Source: Lytechinus pictus
Taxonomy: Eukaryota
Reading direction: 5' to 3'
Length of the DNA: 64,000 nt
NCBI RefSeq assembly: GCF_037042905.1
Contig: NC_087252.1
Location: 14,572,001-14,636,000, forward strand
This document shows, piece after piece, positions 1 to 14,150 of this stretch. Position 1 is the first letter of the stretch, and each line of letters begins with the position of its first letter. The notes under the pieces are model-generated. The model had not been told where the DNA came from and did no database searches. It saw nothing but the letters and a program-made list of their open reading frames with translations. A program made the position numbers and the translations under genes.

Positions 1-3000
1 TATTCACTGAATGTGTGACTTTCGTAACTTTCAGTATTTTCATTTATTATAATCATCAAGGCTACCGCTACCACATTCACTACCACCACCACCATCATCA
101 TCAGTCTTAATTTTCGTCAATATCATCAGTAGGATCATTATAGTCAATCATGTCAACAGAACCATCTATGTCATTATCGTAGTTATTGAAATTTTGATAA
201 TTTTGGTAAGGAAATAATGAAAATGAGAGAAAGATTGCAGCGGGAAGGGGTGGGGTGTGAGTTTGTTCTAAAGTAAAATCAATGTGAGTAGAATTAAATT
301 AATGTGTTTATCTACATTGCAGTGATGGTAAACATCATTACAATACTAGGATGCCAAGATGTTCAATAATTTAAGCTTCAAAATTCAGTACTTCACGGGT
401 GAAGATATGGGGCCGTAAGCTGCAGGGAGATATGTATAATAATATTAACATTAGATCATTACTCTAAAATAGATGGAATGTAATAATTATTTATTATCTA
501 TGTTAGTTTATACACTTACTGGCCTAAAAGCAAAAGCAAATAGGGCCATGATATAGTCTCCTCTATCAAGAGAATTGAACATTATTGACCTTTCAGGATT
601 GCTTGGCATTGATACTCATCGAACTGTTCTTAGTCATTGGCTCATTGCCCAGGCCTATGATCATGAAAAAGCAAGATCACTCACCCGTATAGTAGAGAAT
701 CATTCACAATAGCATGTGCCACAGAAAGACGCTCACAGACTTTAATTCCCCGCATATCCGCTGTCGTGATTATTGTCGTAATTTCAATAGATGAACCTAC
801 TTCAAAAGACCGTTGGCCCGTCCGATGGGGAATCTTTTGTAATATATAGTGTATTAAAGTACGTGTATGCAGTAACTACCGTCCCGACTTCTTTTGTGCA
901 ATTTAAAAGATTTCTTTCACCATCATCAAATAGCGATTAGCGTGTACAATCGCATTAATTATCTCACATAACGGATCTAATGTTCATGATTACCAGCATC
1001 ACCATGATCATTACCATTATCTTTCATATATTTTTAATTATATAGAATATAAAATTAATACTGGAGAACGACTGGAAATAGATAATGAATGATGGTGATG
1101 ATGAAAGTGATAATCATAACTTTGAAGTGATATTAACGGACATGATAATACGAATAATAGTATCATTGATAATGTTGATGATTTAATATCAACAAATGAA
1201 GATGATTTGTATATTTTGCGGCAATGAACCATGTATAACTTGAGACGCGTTTTTCCTTTATCATGTTTGTTTTAAAAGGGTTTTCATATCATGATCCTGA
1301 TATACAAAGATTATATTAAGATTAAAAAGAGAGAGAATGGATGGCCATCTAATTTTGGAAAAGATTTTGCGAGTTGTCAAGTCCGATGCAGTATCAAAAA
1401 TGATTGCATGTCGAGGTCGATGTGAATTTTATATCAACGACATCATCCCCAGAGTCTATCACGTTGTGAGTTTGTGTGCATTTTTAGCAAGATTAACATT
1501 TGTAATACGAGATTATTCTTAGTTAGAGTCTGTAACATCCGAACTACATGCCATTCCGGCTACGTACGTTTTGAATTCATCGGATATTTCGATTTCTGGA
1601 TGCATGTTACCTTGTAGTTAAACCGGTGTACGCCTGAATCATATTGATTGTCATTTGTATTAACTTTATAATAACGTCGACATACAAAAACAGAATTCAT
1701 CAGGTTCTTTATCATTACACCAATGATATGAACGTAATGCACATATAGGCCTACGTCTTTTGCTTGATAGAACACTGACCCCCGCCCCCCCCTCCATTAG
1801 AGCGAGAACAATATCGTGCTTTCAGCTCATTAATATTGATTTCGATAAGGAGATCGGGAACGCACGCGATTAATAGTAATTTACATTATTTGTATACCAC
1901 TTACAAGTGAAGCACAAAATATGTATCTAAACGCTAAGGAAAAAATAGAAAGTGAGAAGGAATTTCACCCAAAATTGAAATAGTTGCACAGTTCACAGTA
2001 GGCTGTAAATAATAGAGGGGCTTCACATGCGGCGTATTATTACAGCGCTTTACTGCAAGTCTAAACTTTTTAGAAATCTAAACCGTAAGCGCTGCGCGCT
2101 CGCATACCAGTGCCAAACGGGTCATGCCAACGATCATGCCAATAAAAGAAAATTATGTATACGCATATCTTTTTTTTTCACAAACTCACTTTGAAATATA
2201 GTTTAATTTCCAAAGCCCAAAAAAGGAAACTTCCAAAAATTTTCACTGTTTGGACTCCCCCTTGAGGAAACCAACAAAAATAAGCTTAAGGGGGATTTTG
2301 CGTCCTCTCTCTGTATTGACGAAAGCTGGATCCGCCCTGATAAAAATGATCCCTTTTCAAGCTCGTCATTCACGCTTGCATTATTTAGTCTGATACTTAC
2401 CCTCTCGATGACTTTGAAATATTTTGGCTGTAACTAAATCGAGTATAACATATGTTCTATGAAACTTGATTTTGTAACATTTATTATAAAGATGCTTATG
2501 AACAAATCATATTGGTTTACATATTATAAAGCGCCTTCTCATATTCCAATTTTACCTTAAACGTAAATATCTTATTTTCAAAAGAAATCTATAAAAAGGG
2601 TACAGTTCGGCTTTCATTTTGATGCCAAATAGTCTCATAATTGGGATTAGTTGCAAACACGGTTTTCGAATAGAAGACACATCGGGGAACATCAAAGTAT
2701 CAAGACAGTCATCAGCGCTGACAAAGTGATAATCTCCCATTGAAATACCCCACCAATCAAGAGGTCATCTTTCTATTGAAATCCGCCACCAGTCAGACAA
2801 CCTCTATGTTCAAGAATAAAGGGTAATCTCCCCAATCAAGAATGGGGTCTACCTTGACAATGGGGTAAGCCGTTAAATACAGCTTGCAATGCGCTGGCCC
2901 ATGTCATTTTCAACGTCCGGCTTTCGGGGAATTGAAATAAGCATCAAATGGGTAGTTTTCTTGTTCTCGTTTTGTCCCCATACTAGAACCTTGATTTTGT

Positions 3001-3639
3001 TTCTTTTCGTAATGTGCATTTTAATATGGTTTCCATTATATTTCTCAACATTTCGACATTTAATGTAGTTTAATACTTGCCTTTATAAAGAGCAATATTA
3101 CATAAAACCTGTTTGGCGAAGCAGATTATAACATAACATTCGACTGATATTTTATCAACACATTTTTAATTAACCATGTAACTTCCCTCTATATAGGTCT
3201 CCTCTTAATATGAACATTCGAGTTATATTCTTTGCCTACCATCTCTCTGTGCATTTTAATAACCAAATATATTTGGAAAAGGGGTGTTTATCAGGCTAAA
3301 GTGAAGGTCCTCACCTGTCTATGGACGACATATTCTCATTAAAATACATGCTGTGAGTTTTATAGGGGGCACACTTGTGTAAAAATGGCATATTTATATC
3401 AACAAAATTGATAATGGCTCTCATAGGGGGGGGCGGGATTCACTACATAACTGTACCCTCCAGGTGCAGAATATACACCCACTGACTTCTTTTAGTAGAG
3501 GTCACAAAATAGACCACAATACTTTTGAGAGCCCAACTATTGTTCAAAATAAATACGGCGCCTATTGGATTGTATTGTGTTACTCCGGCAGGATCCGCAC
3601 CAGCATGCACCCCATCCTTGTTGATCTAGTATGCCAAAT

Positions 3640-3788
3640 ACCTCGGTCACATTTGTTTTAAGGCGAGTCGAAAACAGTCGTTTTAACAGTTTTTGTACCA
3701 GCTAAATATAGGAGGTTTGAATAAAATGAATGAAACGGCTGTTTTCGACTCGCCGTATGGCCGCCGTATAGAGCAAATGTGACCGAGT
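3640..3788. mobile_element. Short palindromic MITE; a related copy lies at ~48783-48922
   Basis: Terminal inverted repeats CTCGGTCACATTTG / CAAATGTGACCGAG and inner GGCGAGTCGAAAACAG / CTGTTTTCGACTCGCC. Confidence 0.65.
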
Positions 3789-5709
3789 TATTACAATTTC
3801 CTGTACGTTTATTGATTTTTTGTGCATATTCAAACATGCAAGCTTTACAGAATGCAGCTATACGATTAAGAGGTGAAGTACAAAGTTGGAAGGGAAACTA
3901 GGCCAAAGAGGCTTTCGTATTACTATGTTTACCTTAGACACTGGGAATCTAATTTGCAATAATTTGACATACACACATTGCAGATTAATTCAGATATTTG
4001 ATAGGAAGAAGAAATCAACGGCAATATACACGTATTGTACAAGTCAAACGTGAAGGTTAAAAAAAGAATAGGTATAGAAAAGATTTAGAAAAATTCAAGG
4101 AAGAAATGAAGTTGGATGAAAAAAGGAACCATTAGAATTAAGTTGACAAAATTGGATATTGTAAGTAGAAATGGAAAATTAAAAGAAATAATTAAGTTCC
4201 CCCCCCCCAGCGGACTGGTTTGAAGGGGGTGGGGGTCACCATGCATAAAATCATGGTACTTGTGGAGGCCTCAGCCCCAGACCCCCTTCGGTTCTGTGGC
4301 TCCTGGGTGGTAATCAAGAACAATACTCTAGATCACAGGGGAAGTTTATATAAGGGAATAAAGACGGATCCCAGGTAAAAAGATAATATAGGTTTTCCTG
4401 TCCAATATCATGTCGGAGTCACTTAAATGTGTTAATTTGCATTTTAATTCACGCGACATTTTTCATCGGTCATTCAAAGTTTAGAAGACGCTGTAATTCC
4501 TTTATAAACACTCAACTCAATTCATGGTCAAGACTACCTCAACTTCTTTGATAATTTCAATATTTATTTTTTAAGTGCTTTTGATTTCGTTCGAAGGCAA
4601 AGATGTTTGTAATGGTCCTTCAAAGTAACGAAAGTACTTTTTGTTCTGAATTTCGGGCAATGAAATTCAAGAATTGTGCATTTAAGCTACAATGACCGAT
4701 ATGACTGCTTGAGCATCCAATTAAATTTTTAAAGTTCAAATTAATGATACTTTATTCGTTTGTTTTGCACGGCATCTGTATTATGTGTGAATATATAAGT
4801 TTCCAACATGTCAATGTTTAAACATGTGTATACTAAGAGTAAAATTGATGTGCACTTTGGCTAAATTAGACATAGGCCTTTGTTTAGCTCAAATTTGAAT
4901 TTAAACGATGGCCTTAGTTTTCATCCTTTTTTCCACAAAAAACGCTTGCATTTTGTGGATGTATTGTTTTTTTTTGTCACAGTAGCTTTTCAATGTATAA
5001 ATTTAAATGCCATCATTTTTGGACCCAGGTGTGATTTATATTGCATCATTTACGAGGGGATTTGCATTTCGTTTACAAAGATGAAGGACAATTTTTCCAC
5101 CCGACAATGCTAACAGTGTGGGCTCAGTGTGATTTAAAAAAATCTTACCCGCGCCTGAATACTTACTTTTAGAAAGTCAATATCTAACGGTATATTCTTC
5201 AAAATAAAGCAACATACTCGTGCTAAAGGGCTAAAGCTTTATTGTTCTATTAAAGAAATGAAATCTAAATTTAATTGAACTTTGTCATATACTGAAACCC
5301 GAAACGAAAAATCATCAAAAGAAATTGTGAAAGCGTAACTTTGGAAAATATATACCCCACTACGACTAGGCACACCGACACAAGGACACAACGATATTCA
5401 GATCAGTGACTAGAGATCGGGCGTTCAATAGTTTGCCTAAAACGCCGATATCGTGGACATAGAGGGCGCTCATGCAAAAACATCTTATCGGAGAGCCAAC
5501 CGGGGGCGTCAAAAGAAAAGATAAAAGCGAACGCTTCCGTTTTCGCTGCAAAAGGGCACGCTGGCGTCTTGAATGGCAAGAGCACTGACCCGAAGGTAAT
5601 AAAAAAGGACAATGTCACGCTCAGCGGTTTCGCTGTGGAATATAAAGGAAAAGACGCACACACACTTTTGACAACACGCCTAACAAAACTATGTCATTTG
5701 TATACTATC

Positions 5710-8041
5710 TAATGTGATAAATGCTGTATTATGATATTCAAAATGGCTGTCATAGACCCCTTATACTGTGTAGGGGGCCTACAATATATAAAAGAGGACA
5801 AATAATTGTCACAACCTTTGAATTTGTTTGACTTTAAAATGCCAATAACTGCGAAATATTGGTGTAACACTGTCTGACAACAAGGATTTCTAACGAAACA
5901 TATCATTTCCCTTGCAATTTCGGTAATTATGCTTCATGTTGACATTCAAAATGGCTGCCATAGGCCCTATCTGTATTATGAACAAAGCGAATGAAGAAAC
6001 TAATTTTCACAAGAGTAAAAACAATAAAATGAATGTAATTGTAATCTATACGAGTGAAATATTGTCTAAACACATGATTTCTGGCGAAACATATCATTTC
6101 ATTTTTTCATGCATGAGATAAATTCTGTATTGTAAAATTCAAAATGGCCCCTATGGGCCCTTACAGTATTATCTACAATGTAAATGGGGACAAATACTTT
6201 TGAAAGAATTAGGATTTGCCTGACTATGAAATCCATATAATTCTGTTGTATAAGGAAAATATTGTTTGAAAACGTGATTTTTTAAAATGAAATATAACAT
6301 TTCCTCTCCCATAGGTGATAAATACTGTATTTTGACTTTCAAAACGGCCGCACAAGCCCCTACAAATTCTGTAACATGCGTATAGGGAAACTAATCATCA
6401 CCAGAATGAGAACCAAAAACGCACGTAACTATGTGATGTATAGGTAAAATTTGGTCTTGAACATGATTTCTGACTAAATACATCACATAATGGTTGAGAA
6501 GGTAATAAAGGCCTTACTTTGAAATTCAAAATTGCTGCCATAGCCCAAAGTAGTATGTACATTGTAACTGGGGACAGATAATTTTGACAAAATTTTTACT
6601 ATGAAAATGGCTTAATTTTGATGTAAGTGTTAAGTATTGTCTAAACCCAATGATTTCTAACGAAATATATCATAGCTTGTGTCATAAAGGTGATGAATGC
6701 AGCCTTTTAAAAATGAAAAATGGCCGCCATAGTCCCTTATCTTAATATGTAAAATTTGAATGGGGAAAGATAATTTCCACAAAGAAACATATTGCAGCCA
6801 TTTTGAAATTTAAATATAGCATTTATCACCTAAATAACATAAGAAATGATCTACTTGGTTACAAAATCATATTTTCAGACGACATTTCACTCATACATGC
6901 AACACCATTTAGTCAAGCAAAGCCAACTTCTGTTAAAATTATATGTTCCCATTCACAAAGTACATAATAGGCCTACCGTTAGGGCCTGTAGCGGCCATTT
7001 TGACTTTCAAAATACATTATTTATCACCTACCTGGCAGAATGAATGATATATCTTGTTAGGAATTATGTTTTCAGACAATATTTTACTCTTAAATCACAA
7101 TTATATGCATGTTATGGTGCTGACTCATGTAAAAATTGGTTTCCCTGATCGATTGTACATAATACAGTCAATGTCTTTTGGCGGCCATTTTGAAAGTCAA
7201 AATACAATATTTAACACAAATATGAAACCCGAATAATATATTTCGTTGCAAATTATATTTGAAAACAGTATTCCACTAATTTACCACAAAAAAAATACGT
7301 TTTAGTGCTCACCTTGTGATTGTTTTTGTCCTCTCTCACATCGTAGATCATAATTTTAGGGCCTTTGGCGGTCATATTAAATATCAAAATACAGGGTTTA
7401 TCACATACATGGCATGTTAAATAATAAATTTCGTTAACAATAATGTTTTTAGTCAGTATTCCACTCGTTTATCTCAACAAAATGCATTTTAGTGCTCACT
7501 CTTGTGATTTTTTTGTGTCACCATTCACATTGTACATAATAGTGTTAGGGCTTTTGAAGGCCATTTTGAATATCAAAATACAGGATTTATCACATAACTG
7601 ACATAACAAATGATATATATAGTTAGCAATCATGTTTACAGACATTGCTTCACTCATAGATCATAATTACTTGCATTTCAGTGCTCAATTTTGTAAAAAT
7701 TAATTTTCCCCATTCATATTGTACAGGGGTCTATGATGGCGGCCATTTTGATATCAAGAAAATAAATATTTTGACAAAAATCATTTTTTTCAGATATTAT
7801 TTCACTCCGGCAGCACAATTGCATGTACTTTAAAGCCAATGTGTGGACAATTTTATGATTTTCATGGGTAATTTGAATATTTTGGCGGCCATATTGGATT
7901 TTGCCAATTTGCAGAAAATGCTCAAGGTTACACGAGTGGCATCATTCAGATTCGGCATCAGCACCCTCGAATTGACAAGAAACCATAAAAAAACATTGTA
8001 TATATAAAAAAACAAGGTTCGACCCCTTCTATCCTGGACTA
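5710..8041. mobile_element. Non-autonomous long-TIR foldback DNA element (Academ-like), left end missing
   Basis: Right end ...CTATCCTGGACTA and ~300 bp of subterminal sequence are near-identical to the right end of the complete element at 57128-59491. Internal ~190-bp subrepeats carrying AAAATGGC flip orientation at ~6760. Confidence 0.75.
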
Positions 8042-8416
8042 TAATGTAGACTCAACCAACAAGCACCAAATTGATCCCCTTGTAGCTCAAACTAAATCCG
8101 CCCCTCCGGTGGTCCGTCCAAAAGAACCCCTCCCAAAAAGACGGCACCACAAACAGAAGTTCCAATGGATTTTAATTATGAACAAACAAGAAAAGAAGAA
8201 CATAGATACGAGCCTCAAACGAAAAGTAACTTTTAAACAACAGCAGACAATGAACAGATTATAAATTTTATTACTTATCTTATATTCATTTTTGTGGAAG
8301 GAAAAACAAAGAAAGAAGTTTTAGCTCTGGTCGAATCGGTAACTGGACGATTGCTTAGAAGTGGATCTACCCCTACCCCACAGGCAGAAGGAGGTAGCTA
8401 GTTTTTTTTTCTTATC

Positions 8417-11400
8417 ATGGCGTCCCTAGCAATATTGCAGTGGAACGCACAGGGCCTACACTGCCATGGCAGTGAACTTATAAGATACCTAAGTAACCCT
8501 CACAACTTATTCTATCACATTATTTGCATACAAGAAACTTGGTTTGGGGAAGATCATATTTTTAACATTCCCAATTATACATGTATACCCAGGAACCATA
8601 TAAATCAAAGTAGAGGAGGGTGTGCATTTTACATCCGCAACACGGTCGACTATTTAACCCCTCATTTTGATGAAGAATATGAAATCCAACATATAAAGTG
8701 TATTTTGGTGAGTCACATATTGGCATAGTCAACTTTTATAATTCTTGTCAAAAATTAGACGAAAATATTTTAAATAAATTACTAACTGTAGCCTGTGGTA
8801 CTGATAGGTTTCTCATACTAGGAGATTTTAATTCCCATAACCGCCTTTGGGGCAGTGAAAAAATGATCATAACGGACTTATCATAGAAGATTTCATTAAT
8901 AAACACCATTTAGTTATATTAAATGATCTTTCAGGAACAAGACTCGATCCTCTCTCTGGAAAAATGTCCAATTTGGATCTTAGTTTTACTTCCCCAGCTT
9001 TATCGAACCGATGTTCCTGGGAGGTCCTCAACAATTCTTTTGGCAGTGATCATTTCCCTATATCGATAGAGCTTCTTATGGATATCTCTAAAGACACCAC
9101 ACCTCAAAAAGAAAATTCTAGTCACATGAAATTTGGGTCTTTCAAAAATACAAAATGGGCTGATTTCGCAAAGAAATGTGAAGAATTGATGGATGAATTC
9201 ATTAATTTTGAAAGTTCTCAAGAATTTTATACTTTTTTCATCAAAAGTCTTACAGATACTATCCTTAAGACAGTTCCTTCTAACACAAAAAGACAGCATA
9301 ATCCTATACCTTGGTGGACTCCCGAATGTACCAAAAGCATCAAAGCGAGGAATAGAGCTAAAAATAAATTAACAAGACATATATCTGTAGAAAATCTTGC
9401 CTCTTTCCAGGAAAAAAAGGCAGAAGCACAAAAAATTCTACGTAAAACGAAAAAGGAATATTGGGATTCATTCTGCAAAAAACTCAACCGTTTCGTCCCC
9501 GAAGGCAAACTATGGGTAACAATCAAACGGATGAACGGCTTGAGTAGCAAGAAATCTAACAGAATGTCGGCACTTATTGAAAATGATAAGGTAATAACAA
9601 AAGATTCAGACAAATCAGAATTATTAGGTACTCATTTTCAGGAAATGGGCTCATCTACCTTTCCAACAAAAAACCAATTACCCAACCTTGAATTGGAGAT
9701 TTCTCAGGCACAATCTGAAGGTTTAGATCATGTAATAAATGAATCTTTCACAATTTTGGAACTAGAAAAGGTTCTCAAAACCTGCAAAAATTCAGCCCCA
9801 GGTAAAGACAACATCCCTTATATCGTTTATCAAAATCTTCCTCTTAAACCTAAAAAAGTAATGTTGAAAATAATGAACAAAATTTGGAACTCGGGAGATA
9901 TACCCCATGAAATGAAACATTCTACTCTCGTTCCGATTATTAAGAAAAAGAAAGATCCTAAACTTGTCTCTTAATATAGACCTATAGCTCTTTCTTCATG
10001 CTTTTCCAAAATATTTGAACGTATGGTTAAAGGAAGACTTGAATGGTACATTGAAAAACATAATATTTTGCCTCCCATAATCAGCGGCTTCCGAAAAAAC
10101 CACAACACCACTGATAGTATTGTTGATTTGGAAAACACTATCCAAAAAACTATCAACAATGGAGAACATACTTTGGCTCTATTTTTAGACGTCAAAAAGG
10201 CATACGATAGACTATGGATAAAAGGTCTAATTTACAAACTTTTGCAGTGTGGTATCTAAGGTAAAATGCTAACTTTTCTCTACAACTACCTTTCTAATAG
10301 AACATTCCAAGTTACAATTGGAAAGAGTGAATAAAAATATATGTAATGCAAAACGGACTCCCACAAGGAAGTACACTTAGTCCCATATTATATAATATTA
10401 TGATGAGGGACATCCCTATCATCAATCCAGTCACCACATCCATTTATGCAGATGATATAGCAGTTTGGATGTCCGGTAATCAATTAGATGTACCCTCAAA
10501 AAAATTCAAGAATATCTTAACAAATTACACGTATGGTTTAATAAATGGAGTTTCCGTCTTTCCTCTGATAAAACTGCTCTGGTTTTATTTACAAAAGCCC
10601 AAAAAAGTAATTGCCCTGAGATAAAACTAAGAGAAAATCGTCTAACTTTCAACTCTGTTAAAAAGTTTTTAGGTGTCACTTTTGATCACCGACTTATATG
10701 GCATGCCCATATCGAGGATATAGTGACAAGGTGTAAAAGGAAACTTAACATTCTCAGAAGCCTTACAGGAACTTCATTTGGAAGCTCCTCCAAATCCCTC
10801 CTCATTGTTTATAGGGCAATAATAAGATCGCTAATGGATTATGGATGCGAGGCTTATGATAGTGCATCCCAAACAATAAAAGCAAAATTAGATGCAGTTC
10901 AATATCAAGCATTAAGAATTTGCGTTGGAGGGCTCCCTCTTACCTCACTAGAAGCCCTGCAGGCTGAACTCGGGGAAATGCCCCTCGACCTGAGAAGAAA
11001 AGCACTCACAGATAAGTTCGGAACAAAGATTGAAACACATGAAGACCATCCAATTTTGCTTAATATAAAACCGTGCTGGCAATTCGATTTATCCAACACT
11101 CAAAAAAATAATAAACATTTTGGAATCAGAGCAGAGAAAATAAACTACTCTGTAGAATCATGTAGATACGCTTTTCCTCCATGGCTTTTTCAACACCCGA
11201 AGGTTTCAATAGAACTGAACAAGGAACTAAATAAACATGACCATCCTTTATATAAAAAACAAACGAGCCTCGATCTTATTAATTCAAAATGGTCAAATCA
11301 ACTCCATATTTACACAGATGGATCCAAAGAACCCGTCACTGGAGCATGTGCTGCATCCTTTTACGTTCCAGCTTTCCATTACTCCCAGTCTAAACGCCTC

Positions 11401-12139
11401 ACTGATTATACTTCATCATATAGAGCTGAATTAGCAGCAATCATCTTAGCCCTCAACTGGTTAGAAACTCTTGATGTATACGTAGGAATAGTAATCTTTA
11501 GTGACTCAATTAAGCTCCCTAGTAGCAATATCAGAACAAAAAGAAATACCTTTTGTCTCAGAAATTCTTACCCTACTAACAAATTTAACATTTTTAGGCA
11601 TAGACATAAACTTTGAATGGATCCCCAGCCACTGCGGTATTAGTGGAAACGAGATGGCGGACACGAAAGCAAAAAATGCATTGCAGAAAAAAATTGAAGT
11701 CAACAACAAATTATCTTTAACAGAAATAAAACATCTCATTTTCAAAAGATACACTCTAGAATGGCAAAAAAGATGGAATGAATCCCATCGCCTACTTAAA
11801 CTATACCATCCCACTGTTAACTCTCCCTTTTTTTGTTCCCTAAGTAGATTCCACGAAACCATTATCCACAGACTCCGTTTTGGTGTAATAGGATTGAACT
11901 ACGATTTAAAAAGACTTAATATACACCCCACGGGACTTTGTGATACATGTAGGCCCAACAAATTAGAAACAGTTGAGCATTTTTTAATCGAGTGTCCCAA
12001 ATATATAATAGAGAGAGCCATGCTACTTACAGAAACAAATCTATCAACCCCCAAAAAAATAATGGATCTCTTAAAGAGTACTAAGGTAGAAACCCAATCT
12101 GCATTGGTCCGTTTCGTTCTCAGAACGAAACGATTATAA
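8417..12139 (+). pseudogene. LINE ORF2 (APE endonuclease, RT, RNase H, CCHC knuckle) broken by frameshifts and stops
   Basis: ILQWNAQG, ICIQETW, LGDFNSH, SDHFPI (APE); SAPGKD, LDVKKAYD, GLPQGSTLSP, YADD (RT); IYTDGSK, RAELAAI, FSDS, WIPSHCGISGNEMAD (RNase H); CDTC..ETVEHFLIEC. Confidence 0.93.
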
Positions 12140-12714
12140 AGTCTGAATTTTCTCCGCCCCCTAATTTTGTATTTTTTATTTATTTATTTATTCATTATTA
12201 TTATTAATTTTTTTTTCTACAAGCGTTAAATCTATGAAAGGGAGACACAAAGCAGAAGAAGATGCAGACACATGGTCGATTTTTACTCACTTTCCTATGG
12301 TCCTATACATTTTGATTATATGTCGTTTTACTACATCGACAACAGATAGCCCGTTACGCGGAGCTCAGCGATCGTCGTGGATCCTGTTTTTCTCTCTTTT
12401 TTTTTCCCCCATATTCTTTTTTCCCTTCCTTACACTTTGCTAATTATCCGAGTTCTTTAGTTTGGTGATTTGTCAGGGGGGACAGAAAGGAGTTAAGAAT
12501 GAAGAGAGAAGTTTTGTTGTTTATTTGTTGGTTTGTTTGGTTTTGTTTTCAAGTTTGTTTGCTTGTTTTTTTTTTGCACTTTCATCCCATACTTTAGTTT
12601 TCGGTGTCCCGAAACCTGAAGTTTTATCAGGCCACAAATCCAGTTTACTTTTGTTTTCTCTATTGCAGCTTAATGTAGCAGAAGAAAATACAACGTGCTG
12701 CAAGAAACAGAACG

Positions 12715-13030
12715 CATTAAAAAAAAGAAAAAAAATGAAAATTCTTATTTTAAAAGGACAAAAAATACAATATGTCTATATAAAAAGAAAAGAAAAGAAA
12801 AGAGAAAAAATGAAACAAGAAAAGAAAAAAAGAGAACAATAGAAAAGAAAAGAAAAAAAAGAAATGAAAAGAAAAAAGAGAAAAGAAAAGAAAAAGAATA
12901 GGAAAAAAAAGAGAAGAAAAAAAAAAAAAAGGAAAAAAAAATAAGAGGAAAAAAGAAAAAAGAAAAAAAAATAACAAGAAAAGAAAAGAAAACAGAAGAA
13001 AAGAAAAGAAAAATAACAAGAATAACAAGC
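12715..13030 (+). repeat. Polypurine (A/G) low-complexity tract in the LINE 3' UTR
   Basis: Almost pure AAAAG/AAG runs, preceded by T-rich tracts at 12170-12660. Confidence 0.9.
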
Positions 13031-13220
13031 TGTTGAAAATGAACAAAAGCTGTGGCAAAAATAGTCAATCATGACTGGTTGCCAACCAAGGAAAGAAGAA
13101 GAAGAAGAAGTTATTCAACATCAATGAGATAGTGGGGTCTTTGTTAATAGTGTTCTTTATGATATGCAATTGTGAAATAACCGGGGCTGGAACAAAGACT
13201 ACACCATATTTCGATACTAA

Positions 13221-13397
13221 CTGGGTGTTGTGGCGTGTGCCTGTAATCCAAGCTATGTGGGGAAGTTACAGATTGATGCAGAGGTTCGAGGTTCGAGCCC
13301 TGGTCACGTGTTTCGGATGGTGACTTTAAAGGTCGGTCCCAGACGTAAATAATCATATCTGATTGATACACGTCTGACAAAACTCAAATACACACAC
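13221..13397 (+). mobile_element. Candidate SINE with a 7SL(SRP RNA Alu-domain)-like head, B-box, 3' stem-loop and (CA)n tail
   Basis: CTGGGTGTTGTGGCGTGTGCCTGTAATCCAAGCTA resembles the vertebrate 7SL/Alu 5' end. GGTTCGAGCCC B-box at 13290-13300; CAGACGT/ACGTCTG stem at 13340-13376; CACACAC tail. Confidence 0.6.
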
Positions 13398-13734
13398 GCT
13401 ATTCAATGTTGAAAAGATTGCGGGGTCTGTTTTTGGTTGTTGTTATTGTTCTTTTGTTTTTGAATAATTTTTTTATAACTGGGTCTGGAGGAAAGACTAT
13501 GCTATATTTACATTTTATTCAACATTCATAAAATCGTGGGGTCTTTGTGTTTTTTTTATTATTATTTATTATTTGCTATTTGAAATATTTGGGTCTGGAG
13601 CAAAGACTACGCTAAACTTCTATGTTATTCAACAATAAGAAGAATTAATTTTGGGATCTTTATTTGGAAGATTGTTTAAATGTTTTATATAACCGGGTCT
13701 AGAGAAAAAAGCCTGTGACTTTGCACTATATGAA

Positions 13735-13908
13735 CGCATTACTATAGGGTTTTATTTTAGAACAGATTTGCCAAAAAATCCCCTCAAATTTTGTAACATA
13801 TGTGGGTAAAGTCATTATTACATTTCTGGGCGATCAAAAATTATTACATATGTGGGTAAAGTGCATTATTACATTTGTGGGGTGAAATTATTACATTTGT
13901 GGGTAAAG
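13735..13908. repeat. ATTACATTTGTGGG short-repeat block; uninterrupted paralog of 15105-16534
   Basis: Collinear with 15105-15200 joined to 16368-16450. Confidence 0.85.
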
Positions 13909-14150
13909 GGTTTTAGTTTTTAGTTTTAAGTAACTGGGCCTGGAGAAAACACTACGCTTGATTCTCAATTTACTCTTAGCGCATATATTCACAATAAGCG
14001 CCGTATAAGTTAAAACAGCAACAAAGACATTAATTCCACCAGTTTTGATTAACTGGGTCTGGAGAAAAGACTAAGCTCGATTCTCATTTCCATTCTACTG
14101 GAATATCATTATCGTATCTTAGTTTGGACTTATATTATAATTTTTCAAAT

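Larger units (their letters stand above)
8042..13110 (+). mobile_element. I-group (Nimb/Loa/I-like) non-LTR retrotransposon, 5'-truncated and decayed
   Basis: APE + RT + RNase H + C-terminal CCHC in one orientation, a long 3' UTR, a terminal stem-loop (13053-13084) and a (GAA)n tail (13091-13110). 8042-8401 is probably an ORF1 C-terminal remnant. Confidence 0.85.

Noticed and set aside
5395..5430. 5S rRNA-like words on the minus strand (GAACGCCCGATCTC..TGATCT)
   Set aside because: The match is too short, and no remainder of 5S or its internal promoter is visible.
12462..13072. Lys-rich and Phe-rich ORFs
   Set aside because: Artefacts of the A/G low-complexity tract.
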